From Escherichia phage 241, in sequence record OR924452: DNA of 64,000 nt; one strand, given 5' to 3'. The first letter of the stretch is position 1. Each line of letters opens with the position of its first letter. Below are positions 10,725 to 20,458 of this stretch, piece by piece. The translations under genes were made by a program, and so were the position numbers. The notes beneath the pieces were generated by a model, which saw only the letters and a program-made list of their open reading frames with translations, was not told the DNA's origin and did no database searches.

Positions 10725-11387
10725 CTATGATAACTCATAGCGATGGCGGGTACATGCAGGGCAATTACAGTCTTTTCTCAAAATTGGCATTTCACACCAC
10801 GTCATCAAACCATGTATTGGAGACATGTGGTGATAAAACCATGATTTTTTGAGACTAATCAAAGGATATAAAATTTCAATTGGCCTTTCCCCGTCTCTTG
10901 TCATCATATTGTATCCTTCGATGACCTTATTGAAAGCTGGGATCCAGTGGATCGCGTCGTCCCCGTTGACATATGCCAATATGTATGTGGGAGGCAAACT
11001 CCGGCCTTTAAATTGTGTGTTTAATAACCATATCGGGGCTTGTGCTAAACACGCACGAAACCCGCCGTCCGGCACGTGAATGCTACTAATCGGTTCTTGG
11101 TGATGAGTCCAACGATGCATAAGAAGCGGAGCATTCTTGTTGATCCAATTATAAATTTTATTTCGCGCCCAATTCTCACGTTTGGATTTGAAATTATTAT
11201 TTTCAAGATGGCAATACACAGTATGAACCGAATAACCTTTCGATAATAACCAAACCAACATGTATGTGCTATCCACGCCGCCTGACCAAAACAATGTCAC
11301 TTCTTGATTATTTTCCGGCAAAGGTGCATCCCCTTGAAGGACACGGTACACAAATTCACAATCAGATACAGAGACAACGATTTCCAT
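10725..11387 (-). CDS. PP-loop ATP pyrophosphatase, QueC-like (7-cyano-7-deazaguanine synthase family)
   Basis: SGGVDST PP-loop motif and C-terminal Cys cluster (C..CxCxxC..R) as in QueC; 30-aa N-terminal extension. Confidence 0.5.
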   Translation of the reverse strand: MEIVVSVSDCEFVYRVLQGDAPLPENNQEVTLFWSGGVDSTYMLVWLLSKGYSVHTVYCHLENNNFKSKRENWARNKIYNWINKNAPLLMHRWTHHQEPISSIHVPDGGFRACLAQAPIWLLNTQFKGRSLPPTYILAYVNGDDAIHWIPAFNKVIEGYNMMTRDGERPIEILYPLISLKKSWFYHHMSPIHGLMTWCEMPILRKDCNCPACTRHRYELS

Positions 11388-11710
11388 TAAATTATTCCCC
11401 TCAAAGAGTCATTGATTCTACGCAATTCGTTTTCCACCTTTATCTTCATATTTTTGTCGTCGTTCACGAAAATCATTTTATCTAAATCTTCGCCATTAAT
11501 CTTTGTATAAAAATAAATGTCATGCTCAAAGAAAATCGTTTTTCCAACAGAACGCATGGCAAAGAATGTCGCAATAGTTCTCGATAATGGCTTGAACTTA
11601 ATAGCATTAAAACGCAAAGCCTGATATAGGGGTTTTAATGTTCCCAGTCTGATACAGTGCTGAATGATTTCTTGTTCTTTCATCCCATTGTCCGAGTGAC
11701 GGGGTTTCAT
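11387..11710 (-). CDS. hypothetical protein (107 aa)
   Basis: First gene of operon; stop overlaps QueC-like start. Confidence 0.4.
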   Translation of the reverse strand: MKPRHSDNGMKEQEIIQHCIRLGTLKPLYQALRFNAIKFKPLSRTIATFFAMRSVGKTIFFEHDIYFYTKINGEDLDKMIFVNDDKNMKIKVENELRRINDSLRGII

Positions 11711-11760
11711 CGGAAACCCCCTATGTTTGTTGGTTAAACAATGATACTTTAGTCAAGATA

Positions 11761-11784
11761 TAGAAAAGCCCCTTTCGGGGCTTA
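11761..11784 (-). terminator. rho-independent terminator (AGCCCC-gaaa-GGGGCU + U-run on minus strand)
   Basis: Stem-loop plus U-tract immediately after stop of 11782..12072. Confidence 0.45.
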
Positions 11785-12072
11785 TTCTTCATCAGATTTG
11801 AAAAGGTTCCATCGGCCTATTCCATACCATTCTCCAATATTGTTGGAGTAGCGGGTTGTCCTAACTCCACCGATTTCGTACCCCCATTTGAAGAAACTCC
11901 ATCTTTCCTTTAGGGTGGGTGGTTTATTTCCGGTTGCCAAGGAGCAAGCTGTAAGCCAACGTGCGATACTAATGGCTTGAAAAATTGGATGAATAAACGA
12001 ATAATACACAACACTCAGAGTTATAATGACGAAGACGCATGTTGTAATCACCCCGACAATTTCAAAGAACAT
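11782..12072 (-). CDS. small membrane protein (96 aa)
   Basis: N-terminal hydrophobic helix. Confidence 0.4.
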   Translation of the reverse strand: MFFEIVGVITTCVFVIITLSVVYYSFIHPIFQAISIARWLTACSLATGNKPPTLKERWSFFKWGYEIGGVRTTRYSNNIGEWYGIGRWNLFKSDEE

Positions 12073-12146
12073 TTATAACCCCCAATATTGAACACACACT
12101 ATGATGAACGTTGTGATCGTGAATACCCAGGAGAAGATAGAAAGTT

Positions 12147-12779
12147 TCATTCTTCTACCTTTAGCCCCATCAGGTCTTCCATGGTCTTCTGAATACGAAG
12201 CCAATCAAGAGCAGCGTCATAACGAGGATCATGATAGACCATGCCTTCCAGTTCCCAAGCCTTGATACCAGCATAACGATCCTGTTGCCCAACGCCTTTC
12301 AGCCAGCTCACGATGTCGAAGGTGTGATGGTAATCCCAAGGCTCGTTGGAGTCCTGCTTACATGTCACCTCAATGATATGTTGGGCCTTGCGGAGATCAA
12401 ACAAGTTTCGGTCACACCAGTCAACCGAGCGCGGGTCTATCCCAAGACGATGACAACCCTTGCGGATTTCATCGGCCAGCTGGAAGATAGAGGTGTCCTG
12501 ATCGGTCGGGTACAGGCTGACAGCGCGAGCAGCATCACACGGGTTTCGCTTACCCGTACCCAACCACCATTCAACAGTCCCCTGATCCTTGACGCGGCCA
12601 AGTTTAGTCTGCTCTTTGACATCCAACTTTATGAACGTCGTTCGCTCTTCAACGAGTTGCTGAAGAGTGTAGCGTTTGGTCAGGTCGGCGATAGTATGCG
12701 CCCAGGATAACATAATAGCATCGTCCCAGCGCCCCAGAGTCTCGCTATCGGCGACAGCCAAGAAATTAGATTTATACAT
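12147..12779 (-). CDS. dexA: DnaQ-like 3'-5' exonuclease (T4 DexA-like)
   Basis: Exo I motif VADSETLG and Exo III motif YHDPRYDA; size matches DexA. Confidence 0.55.
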   Translation of the reverse strand: MYKSNFLAVADSETLGRWDDAIMLSWAHTIADLTKRYTLQQLVEERTTFIKLDVKEQTKLGRVKDQGTVEWWLGTGKRNPCDAARAVSLYPTDQDTSIFQLADEIRKGCHRLGIDPRSVDWCDRNLFDLRKAQHIIEVTCKQDSNEPWDYHHTFDIVSWLKGVGQQDRYAGIKAWELEGMVYHDPRYDAALDWLRIQKTMEDLMGLKVEE

Positions 12780-13116
12780 CGGTTTCCCCCGCTTTCTCTA
12801 AAAGAAGTTTCAAAGGATATGTCCCACAAGCGGTGGCATATTCAACTCTGAAATATGAATTATCGTTCATGGCGAAATTGCGATGAGGAAAATATTCACC
12901 ATCATCAAAACCACCCATCCCTCCACCGACGCGATATTGTTTCAATTCTACTTCGCCACCGTAACGCAGTTGGGCGTAGAGACCGATAGGAGCGCGAACA
13001 TAATGCTCCAGCCACACCCAATTACCGTCATGTAGACGAGTGGGCAAAAATGCAAACCGTACCTTGGGATGAAGAACGGCTTTAGCCAACATTTCTTCCG
13101 TCACTTCAGATTTCAT
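12772..13116 (-). CDS. hypothetical protein (114 aa)
   Basis: ORF in operon. Confidence 0.4.
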   Translation of the reverse strand: MKSEVTEEMLAKAVLHPKVRFAFLPTRLHDGNWVWLEHYVRAPIGLYAQLRYGGEVELKQYRVGGGMGGFDDGEYFPHRNFAMNDNSYFRVEYATACGTYPLKLLLEKAGETDV

Positions 13117-13718
13117 CCGATGCTTTCCTCTTCGATGACGTCTTCTTCATTAGGAACAACAGAGATCCCAAAGTCGATCATTTGAGAGAGTTCTTGTAAA
13201 TCCTTTTCGAATCCATCCCCTTCCCGAATATAGAATACTGGGACCACGCGGCGGCGAGTATCTTCAAAGATGGTTTCGGCGATTTTGTTAATCTGGCCTA
13301 CCACATGTGTGAGATTCAAGCCACCAATACCACAACCGATGGCGGGCAAACCGACATAGACAGTTTCATCAGCTTTGGCTTCAACGATATCATGAATTTG
13401 TTCAAACATGATCTGGACTGAGCTAATGATAGATGGCATGCGAGCATTGGGACCTGGGTAAAATTGAGTATACAAATTGAATCCCCAGACACCAGTGTCA
13501 TGATCAAACGCATAGGACATGTTCCCCAAGCGCTGTTCCGGACCACGTTCATCTAATTGGTCGGCGCGGTAAATCTCTGGGAAATTCAATCGAACGTGAT
13601 TGGCGATACCCGCGCCCATTACAGACCAACAATTTGCGCCGTGAGCAAAGGCATTGATAAGATTGAAACTCGTGGCGGCTTTTAATAAATCGCCATTTGT
13701 GATAATATAAGTGGTCAT
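13113..13718 (-). CDS. macro-domain protein (ADP-ribose binding/processing)
   Basis: NAFAHGANCWSVMGAGIA and later GLPAIGCGIGG match macro-domain motifs; start set at ATG 13718 with GGAG SD. Confidence 0.5.
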   Translation of the reverse strand: MTTYIITNGDLLKAATSFNLINAFAHGANCWSVMGAGIANHVRLNFPEIYRADQLDERGPEQRLGNMSYAFDHDTGVWGFNLYTQFYPGPNARMPSIISSVQIMFEQIHDIVEAKADETVYVGLPAIGCGIGGLNLTHVVGQINKIAETIFEDTRRRVVPVFYIREGDGFEKDLQELSQMIDFGISVVPNEEDVIEEESIG

Positions 13719-13951
13719 GCGTAACGTCTCCATTGTATAATTTCGTTGTCGACACAACTGACCTGAATGATACACATATTCTGGCGATGGTCGGTGAGTG
13801 TAATAATAAAACTGTCTGGTTGTGACATGACACGATTAACAGATATCCCGCGCGACATCAAACGAAAGCAAATTTCTTGATACAAACGTTGCATATATCC
13901 TGAAACAGAAGCCGATTCATATGCGCGTTCAAATTCGTATAATTCGTTCAT
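13715..13951 (-). CDS. hypothetical protein (78 aa)
   Basis: Stop overlaps macro gene start (ATGA). Confidence 0.35.
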   Translation of the reverse strand: MNELYEFERAYESASVSGYMQRLYQEICFRLMSRGISVNRVMSQPDSFIITLTDHRQNMCIIQVSCVDNEIIQWRRYA

Positions 13952-14172
13952 TTATTCAGACCATTAATAGCATTTTCAGAGATGTATTCGACGAATTGAT
14001 TGTCAGCCGCCATTTTTAAAAGTTCAAACAATTCAGTTCCAACTGTACTCCCAAACATTCCTTCCAATACTCCTTGGACATCTTCATCTATTTCTTCGAT
14101 GATGAGTCCATAAGATTTCAGGCGTCGCGAAATAGCACGGAACTGGGCAATATCTCCAATTTCATTTGCCAT
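13948..14172 (-). CDS. hypothetical protein (74 aa)
   Basis: ORF in operon. Confidence 0.35.
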   Translation of the reverse strand: MANEIGDIAQFRAISRRLKSYGLIIEEIDEDVQGVLEGMFGSTVGTELFELLKMAADNQFVEYISENAINGLNK

Positions 14173-14220
14173 GGTATTATCTCAATATGGGGTTAGGCGG
14201 CAATTATACCGCCATTTTCT

Positions 14221-14634
14221 TCAATAGAGGTCTTCGGAAAAGAGTTCACGGAAAGGAGTGTTCTTCAAACGAACTTGATTGGTTTGTCCAGCTTCACGGG
14301 CTACAATAGCCGCCTCTTCCCTAGACATCCATTGCCCATAGTTATCGATAAACCCTTGTTCACGCGTGCGGGTGTTTTCGATAACACCTGCTTCCTTCAA
14401 TCGTTTCAGTTGCGCATTCATTAATTTGTCGTGGTGACGGGCGCTTACAACGATGACATCACCATATCTGTTGGCAGCGGCCACTACGCGGCGGTCAAAT
14501 TTAGTTGGGTCTGGTATATCCCGAGCATATAGGGCGATATGGGTGTCGTCAACATCCCCTTTGACTTCAGAATATAACTGGCCACCATTAGGAGATCCAG
14601 TGGGTAAAGAACGAAAATAACCGAGTAATTTCAT
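14221..14634 (-). CDS. hypothetical protein (137 aa)
   Basis: ORF, no recognised motif. Confidence 0.4.
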   Translation of the reverse strand: MKLLGYFRSLPTGSPNGGQLYSEVKGDVDDTHIALYARDIPDPTKFDRRVVAAANRYGDVIVVSARHHDKLMNAQLKRLKEAGVIENTRTREQGFIDNYGQWMSREEAAIVAREAGQTNQVRLKNTPFRELFSEDLY

Positions 14635-14689
14635 AATCTAGTCTATCCATATTTCAGGTTCGGGGATATCAACCATCTCCATTGACATA

Positions 14690-15001
14690 TTACGCCTCCA
14701 CTTCTTCATCAGGAAAATAAGGGCGTAAATCCCCAATTAATTTAGGGAAGAGGGCAAACCCGAACAGATTAAAAGAACGCATGGTCCCAACCATACCAAC
14801 ATCATCCAATTCGGTAACGTCAGAAAGGGCACACAACGGTATCCACACGTCTTCTTGTCCTTCGTAATTTACGAAGGCAACTTCCTCTTTGATGAATCGA
14901 GGACAAAGAATATCAAACAGCCAATAGGCGTATGCCAGTAATGAGAGACTGCGGAAATATACAAACATGGTGAACCCCTCACAGGTTTGGAGGGAATTCA
15001 C
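14690..15001 (-). CDS. hypothetical protein (103 aa)
   Basis: ORF downstream of topoisomerase genes. Confidence 0.35.
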   Translation of the reverse strand: MNSLQTCEGFTMFVYFRSLSLLAYAYWLFDILCPRFIKEEVAFVNYEGQEDVWIPLCALSDVTELDDVGMVGTMRSFNLFGFALFPKLIGDLRPYFPDEEVEA

Positions 15002-15010
15002 CCTCCAGAT

Positions 15011-16342
15011 TTATAGGCTTAATGCCTTTTCAAGATCATCTAAATCATCATTGTAGAGATCAATGTCTTGTTTGTTATTTAATTCTTCTCTTTGTTCTTC
15101 CAGATTCTTTATCTGATTCAACAATCGTTCACGTGCGTCTAACGTGATTGATGATAAAGACATCTTGAATAATTCATCAAGATCACCATCAAAATCTGGA
15201 TAATCCGTTTGAAACAACGCTTTCAGTTCTGTAATGCTGCGACGCATATCCGTAACCACGGCCCAACTGATGAATAATGCACGGTTGTTCAGGCGATGAA
15301 TTTTATCAGTCATCTCCTTTAACAGGTATTGACGACGGTCTTCATAACGGATCAAACGATAGTTGAAGAAGGAAAGCAGCATCTCCTTCCACCCAGAATA
15401 ACGTCGGATGACACCATCTTCATCCCATGCCGTCCAGACGGGTTTGTTCGCAGAGTACAGTTTGAACATCTGCTCGATTTGTGCATCATCCAGCTTAGAC
15501 AATTCACCACGTTTGAACACGACAGTAATGTCCCAGCCGTCTTCGGTCGTGTCATTGGCGTATTCAGTGAGCAAACCCGCCTTATACAACGGCAACAGAA
15601 CTTTGGTCTCATACGATTTAGCGAACCAACCAATTGGGACCTCGGTGATGTGAAGGGTTGTAGCATTGATGCGTTTGAAGATGCCGCGACTGTATGCTCT
15701 TCCTTCCTCAGTATAGCCTGTCTCTCCTTTATATCCATTCCAGTACGGTTTTAAGTCCGTAGGGTCTTCGCCACGGAGAAGTGCTCTCAGAGCGCCGAGG
15801 ACTGATTTAACGCAATGGCATGGGGTGTCCGTTGAGTACCCAGATCCGATACCATTAATTCCGTTCACCAAGAACATGGGAATAACAGGCAAAAAGAACT
15901 TTGGTTCCAATTGTTCTTCACCCAAGTAGTTGTAATCCAAAATCCCCTCATCTTCCTTACGGAATATTTTACGGATAACATCGGATACAGAAACAGAGAT
16001 GTAACGAGCAGACGATGCGTCACGTCCCATGATAGAACCAAATTGACCATCACGGTCAAAGTATGGAATATTGTTCGTACCAGGAAACGCCTGAGCCATG
16101 TTCACAATCGTATTGCCCATGTTCTCACCACCGGACTTGTAGTTGGTACGAGCGGCGGCGAACATACCCAGGCGATCAACAATCTCTTCCTTGCCATATT
16201 CCAATGCAGTGAAAAGAATTTTGCGCTGACTTGGTTTCAAACTGTCAATCAACTGAGGTATTTGACGGATGCTGTTGAACACAGAAAATGCCTTGTGATC
16301 ATTATTGACATAATCCGTGACATTGATACTTTGAGCGACCAT
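15011..16342 (-). CDS. 52: DNA topoisomerase II medium subunit (GyrA-like, T4 gp52-like)
   Basis: Follows large subunit; start set at ATG 16342 (MVAQSINV...) with GAGGGAG SD, 1 nt after large-subunit stop. Confidence 0.75.
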   Translation of the reverse strand: MVAQSINVTDYVNNDHKAFSVFNSIRQIPQLIDSLKPSQRKILFTALEYGKEEIVDRLGMFAAARTNYKSGGENMGNTIVNMAQAFPGTNNIPYFDRDGQFGSIMGRDASSARYISVSVSDVIRKIFRKEDEGILDYNYLGEEQLEPKFFLPVIPMFLVNGINGIGSGYSTDTPCHCVKSVLGALRALLRGEDPTDLKPYWNGYKGETGYTEEGRAYSRGIFKRINATTLHITEVPIGWFAKSYETKVLLPLYKAGLLTEYANDTTEDGWDITVVFKRGELSKLDDAQIEQMFKLYSANKPVWTAWDEDGVIRRYSGWKEMLLSFFNYRLIRYEDRRQYLLKEMTDKIHRLNNRALFISWAVVTDMRRSITELKALFQTDYPDFDGDLDELFKMSLSSITLDARERLLNQIKNLEEQREELNNKQDIDLYNDDLDDLEKALSL

Positions 16343-16343
16343 C

Positions 16344-18254
16344 TTATTCTCCCTCTGTTTCAAACAAACAAACATCACTAAACCAGGTTTTGCGGTAATC
16401 GGCGGTCTCATCACCGAAGCCGTTCTTCAGTGATTCTTTGTAGTTGTCATCCAACGTGACCGTCGTAGTATACGCATCCAGATTGTTTAGAATACGTTTG
16501 AAGTCTTCAGTGCTGTTACCACCAAGACCTTTCAGATATTTCTTCTTCGTAATCTTCTTGGCGTCAGGGGTTTTTAAAAATTCTTCATATTCCGTATTGC
16601 TCATAAACTCATACATCGTTTTACCACACCAAATACGCATGTATGGTGTGCGCAGGAGTTTCAGCCTACCCTGACGGACGTACTCCGGCCAATATGTGCA
16701 ATACAGAGTAATCAACAAACCACGGATGTGAATGCCATCATCGTCCGCATCGGTGGCTACAACAGTCTGTGGGTAGCGGGTGATATCAATCGGCTGACCT
16801 GGGACTGCGCCTCCATGAATCGTGCAAAGATTCTTGAACTCCTCATTATTCATTACCTTTGATCGCGGATTGTTTAAACAATTGATGAATTTACCACGCA
16901 AAGGGAATAATCCGATCTTTTTAGTATCACGGGCGTTCAGGATAGGATTGGACGCGCTGTCACCTTCAGTCAATAACAGAGAGCACCCACTGCGATCACC
17001 ACGGGCGGTCGCCGGATAATACTTCTCTATCTCACGATAATCCCGTTTGCTAATATCCTTCTTGGCCTTTTCAAATTCAGCATCATCTTGGTCGTTACGC
17101 AAGGCGGCCAATTCTTTGCTCAGGCCAGCTGTGACAAACTCCAGAGCCTTCCGGATTAGTTTATCGCTGGGCTTATAGGTCGTACCAAACTGGCTAACAG
17201 GAGTCGTCATACGCTCCTTGGTTTGGCTATCAAAACGAGGGTTGTTGATATCAGCCGAGATGAAAAGCATCATATGGTTTTTAATCATAGAAGGCTTCAG
17301 ATCAGTCTTAAACTTTTTCACCAATTGTGGGCGAATCGCATTCACGATCTGGTCAGCAACGTAATCCACATGAGGACCACCGATATGGGTGGCAATGCTG
17401 TTCACATATGATGCATGAATAAACGTCCCTTGTGAAGGAGCAACAGCAACAGACCACTCCTCTGTTTCATCAACAGAAGAACCTTGGCAAAAGTAATCCA
17501 CAAAATGGCCAAATCGGTCGATACGGATTTGTTTCCCGTTCAGAATGACTTTCAGGCGCGGGTTACAAGCAGCCACTTCAAATGCTCGGCGATAGATCAT
17601 CAACAAGTTATTTTGATCAAGACCTTTGACACCCAGACGCGCATAATCAGGTATCCATGCGATAGACGTCCCAGGGGCATTCAAATTACTGATCACCGGA
17701 TTAGAACGTTTGCTCAAATTGTCTTCAAATGTTTGAGTGTAAGACTTCTTCCCGTCATTTGTCGTGACACGGAACCATTTTGAAAATACGTTGACCAGTG
17801 AAGCCCCTTCACCGTTCTGCCCACCTGATTTTTTGTTATTGTATTCTTCATCGTCGTCGTTGAAGTTGCTACCCGCATAGAGGGAGCCAAATAACATCTC
17901 AGGGAGCCATTCCTTTGTCTCCCCGTGTTTAACAACCGGAATACCCCCATTGTCAGCCACGATGATCTGACCATTCATAGGAGAAACGGTAATGGTGATT
18001 TCTGTGAGGCTTTTACCTTCTGGCGTTTTGCTATGATCTACAGAGTTGGTGATAATTTCATCAAACTGTTTAATCAATGCAGGAGAATATTCAAAATTAT
18101 CCTTGAATATAACTTGATCTTTTATTGGATCATATATCCAAGTCGTTCCAACGGCTGAACGGATACTGCCCAGATGACGCTCTGGGCGAAGAAGGATATG
18201 CTCTATGTGAGTGAGCTTTTTGTATTTTCGTTCAATATCAATCATATTAGACAT
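16344..18254 (-). CDS. 39: DNA topoisomerase II large subunit (GyrB-like ATPase; fused gp39+gp60-type), 636 aa
   Basis: GHKL ATPase and Toprim-type motifs; 636-aa length matches fused gp39/gp60 forms. Confidence 0.8.
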   Translation of the reverse strand: MSNMIDIERKYKKLTHIEHILLRPERHLGSIRSAVGTTWIYDPIKDQVIFKDNFEYSPALIKQFDEIITNSVDHSKTPEGKSLTEITITVSPMNGQIIVADNGGIPVVKHGETKEWLPEMLFGSLYAGSNFNDDDEEYNNKKSGGQNGEGASLVNVFSKWFRVTTNDGKKSYTQTFEDNLSKRSNPVISNLNAPGTSIAWIPDYARLGVKGLDQNNLLMIYRRAFEVAACNPRLKVILNGKQIRIDRFGHFVDYFCQGSSVDETEEWSVAVAPSQGTFIHASYVNSIATHIGGPHVDYVADQIVNAIRPQLVKKFKTDLKPSMIKNHMMLFISADINNPRFDSQTKERMTTPVSQFGTTYKPSDKLIRKALEFVTAGLSKELAALRNDQDDAEFEKAKKDISKRDYREIEKYYPATARGDRSGCSLLLTEGDSASNPILNARDTKKIGLFPLRGKFINCLNNPRSKVMNNEEFKNLCTIHGGAVPGQPIDITRYPQTVVATDADDDGIHIRGLLITLYCTYWPEYVRQGRLKLLRTPYMRIWCGKTMYEFMSNTEYEEFLKTPDAKKITKKKYLKGLGGNSTEDFKRILNNLDAYTTTVTLDDNYKESLKNGFGDETADYRKTWFSDVCLFETEGE

Positions 18255-18301
18255 CGGCCTATCCCGTCAATGGTAAACACAAGATTATGTATGGGGTCGG
18301 C

Positions 18302-18880
18302 TTATAGACCAAATTTACCGCGCCATTTCTGTACTTTGTGTTCAATGGCATGCTCAACTTTGACTATGGTGCTTTTTAGGTTATGGTTGTGATCACAAGC
18401 CAGTTTGGCAGTGTGTCGGATGACACCATTTACCAAATCGGCCAGATTATCATCTGTTCTTTGTGGTTGGTTGAGTAATCTGGTAATGCGACCTTTGTAG
18501 TGGTTGATCATCGCTAGTTGCTCGTCCAAACTATCAACCCCACCACAGAACCAATAATCTTCTAATGTGTGTTGTGTGAGGTCACTTGTACCGTTGGCCC
18601 GAGACAGAGAGAACACGATCGAATCAAATATCTCGTCTTTGTTCATAGAGCCATATTGTTGAATATGCTGATATTCACAAACATACAACAAGTCCAGTGC
18701 TGAAATAATAACGTCTGCCACTTCACCATTCAGAGGTTCTGAAGCAGAAATTTCATATAACACGTCAGACAATTCGCAAGTTTCTTCAACAAGTTTACAG
18801 AACACAAATACAGATGGGCGATTCGGTTCTTTCTGGCTGAGTTCATAAGATGTTTCTAAGATGCGACGAATAAATTTCAT
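18302..18880 (-). CDS. possible all-alpha NTP pyrophosphohydrolase (MazG/dUTPase-like)
   Basis: Acidic EExxEL...E..D helix pattern; weak. Confidence 0.3.
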   Translation of the reverse strand: MKFIRRILETSYELSQKEPNRPSVFVFCKLVEETCELSDVLYEISASEPLNGEVADVIISALDLLYVCEYQHIQQYGSMNKDEIFDSIVFSLSRANGTSDLTQHTLEDYWFCGGVDSLDEQLAMINHYKGRITRLLNQPQRTDDNLADLVNGVIRHTAKLACDHNHNLKSTIVKVEHAIEHKVQKWRGKFGL

Positions 18881-19377
18881 TTCAAATATCCTTCTAAGCG
18901 AAAGCGGTTGATATGTTGTATGATAAAGTCCATAGAGTTTTGAAAACTATATTTCCCCTGATGCTCATATGCATGAATAAGGGGAAGTCGGCTGTGAGCC
19001 AATTGGAATCGCAGTCTTGGTGGCATAGACAACAACTTGGCTGATGTCGCCGCGATAATACGAGAACGCAATATGGGGGAATCTGAATCAACGAGAGGGA
19101 TTTGCGTTTTACCCAAATCCAATCCATACATCTTGGCTTCATAACCACTCAGATGCCGAAGAGCATCATCGCGATATTTTATCCAGTACCAATAACCCTC
19201 GATAGAATCGAAGTGTCCGTCCAGGGTTTCAATCGGATGATGGGTAAAATGCGATAGGAATTTTCCCAGATCAGTCCGGCTTTGGCTGTATATGTTATAA
19301 TGATTGACACCCTCAGTTATAGGCGTCATCGCTTTCTTTGAAACATTCAGTAATATAAGCATGATATAGAGTCTCAA
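18877..19377 (-). CDS. hypothetical protein (166 aa; true start may be internal)
   Basis: ORF. Confidence 0.35.
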   Translation of the reverse strand: MRLYIMLILLNVSKKAMTPITEGVNHYNIYSQSRTDLGKFLSHFTHHPIETLDGHFDSIEGYWYWIKYRDDALRHLSGYEAKMYGLDLGKTQIPLVDSDSPILRSRIIAATSAKLLSMPPRLRFQLAHSRLPLIHAYEHQGKYSFQNSMDFIIQHINRFRLEGYLK

Positions 19378-19402
19378 ATCAAAATTGCTGTGTGTAATCA
19401 GG

Positions 19403-19594
19403 TCAAATCTTTTTATATGCTTTCAGGGTACAGATAATAGAGACGCCGCCAAATAGAACGAGCAATATGAATCGTTCCATCCTAAAATCAGGAAGGGAAA
19501 GCAGTCCCACAAGGCTGTCTAAAGCAATCATGAACGTTACTCCAGTCAGCATGCCCAACTTAAAGGAGTTGGAACCTCTTTTGCAACGTAGCAT
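19403..19594 (-). CDS. small membrane protein (63 aa)
   Basis: Two hydrophobic helices. Confidence 0.3.
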   Translation of the reverse strand: MLRCKRGSNSFKLGMLTGVTFMIALDSLVGLLSLPDFRMERFILLVLFGGVSIICTLKAYKKI

Positions 19595-19641
19595 AAATCA
19601 CCTCCGATTCAAATGGGGAGTTTCCTCCCCATACAAATTAT

Positions 19642-20145
19642 CTAGCCCAGAAACACTACTAAAGTCAAATTTGTAAAGCAGCTGCGATTATCTTTTAACA
19701 TTTGATGGGCAGCGGAAAGGCGCTTAGCATCATGCAGAGTATCTGAAAACACGATGATATTGGCCTTGTCGATTTTGGTTCCCATAAAATTGGCCATGGT
19801 CGACGTTTTCTCTTTTCGATCAAATTTTTCATACTGCTCCCCTGTGGTTACATTTTTCGATTGAGTGAAAAACGTATCACGTTCACGAGCAGTGTGAAAT
19901 ACACCGAATACGTCGATTTCATTTTCAATTTGGAATTTTTCAGAAAGGAGTTTCTTTAACGCCGCAGTGTGACCAGTCTGGCGAAGCATTCGATAGTAGA
20001 GCATGCTCCCACTGTCTGCGGGATCAAGGTCGTGACGAATCCGGCGATCTTTTTGAATTTCATACGCATCTAGAACCAATTGTTGGATCATTTCAATATG
20101 CGCATTAAGAGATACTTCTACTTTTCGTTTAACTAGAGATTTCAT
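19642..20145 (-). CDS. hypothetical protein (167 aa)
   Basis: ORF. Confidence 0.4.
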   Translation of the reverse strand: MKSLVKRKVEVSLNAHIEMIQQLVLDAYEIQKDRRIRHDLDPADSGSMLYYRMLRQTGHTAALKKLLSEKFQIENEIDVFGVFHTARERDTFFTQSKNVTTGEQYEKFDRKEKTSTMANFMGTKIDKANIIVFSDTLHDAKRLSAAHQMLKDNRSCFTNLTLVVFLG

Positions 20146-20210
20146 TGTTGGAGCCTCGAATTTACGTTCCGCTCATGGGGAACATAAAAATTATACCCTT
20201 AGACACAACA

Positions 20211-20234
20211 ATGAAAAAGAGGCCGAAGCCTCTT
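20211..20234 (-). terminator. rho-independent terminator (AGAGGC-uucg-GCCUCU + UUUUU on minus strand)
   Basis: Stem-loop with U-run directly after stop of 20234..20455. Confidence 0.45.
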
Positions 20235-20455
20235 TAATCGTCATATTTGCCTGTCCTGAAATTCCATTTCCTGGCCTTGGATAGGTCAAGATCTTTGAAT
20301 ATATTACCGAAGATCTTTTTAAACCCTGACTCTTCTTCAAGATCTTTCGGTCTCTTGACAGGTTCTTGAACCATACCGCCTTCGGGTTTCCCCACATCAG
20401 CGGTAGTGGTGGCCGGAGCCGAAGAGTCTTCTAGGTAATCCTGGAAGCTCTTCAT
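20234..20455 (-). CDS. hypothetical protein (73 aa)
   Basis: ORF. Confidence 0.35.
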   Translation of the reverse strand: MKSFQDYLEDSSAPATTTADVGKPEGGMVQEPVKRPKDLEEESGFKKIFGNIFKDLDLSKARKWNFRTGKYDD

Positions 20456-20458
20456 AGA

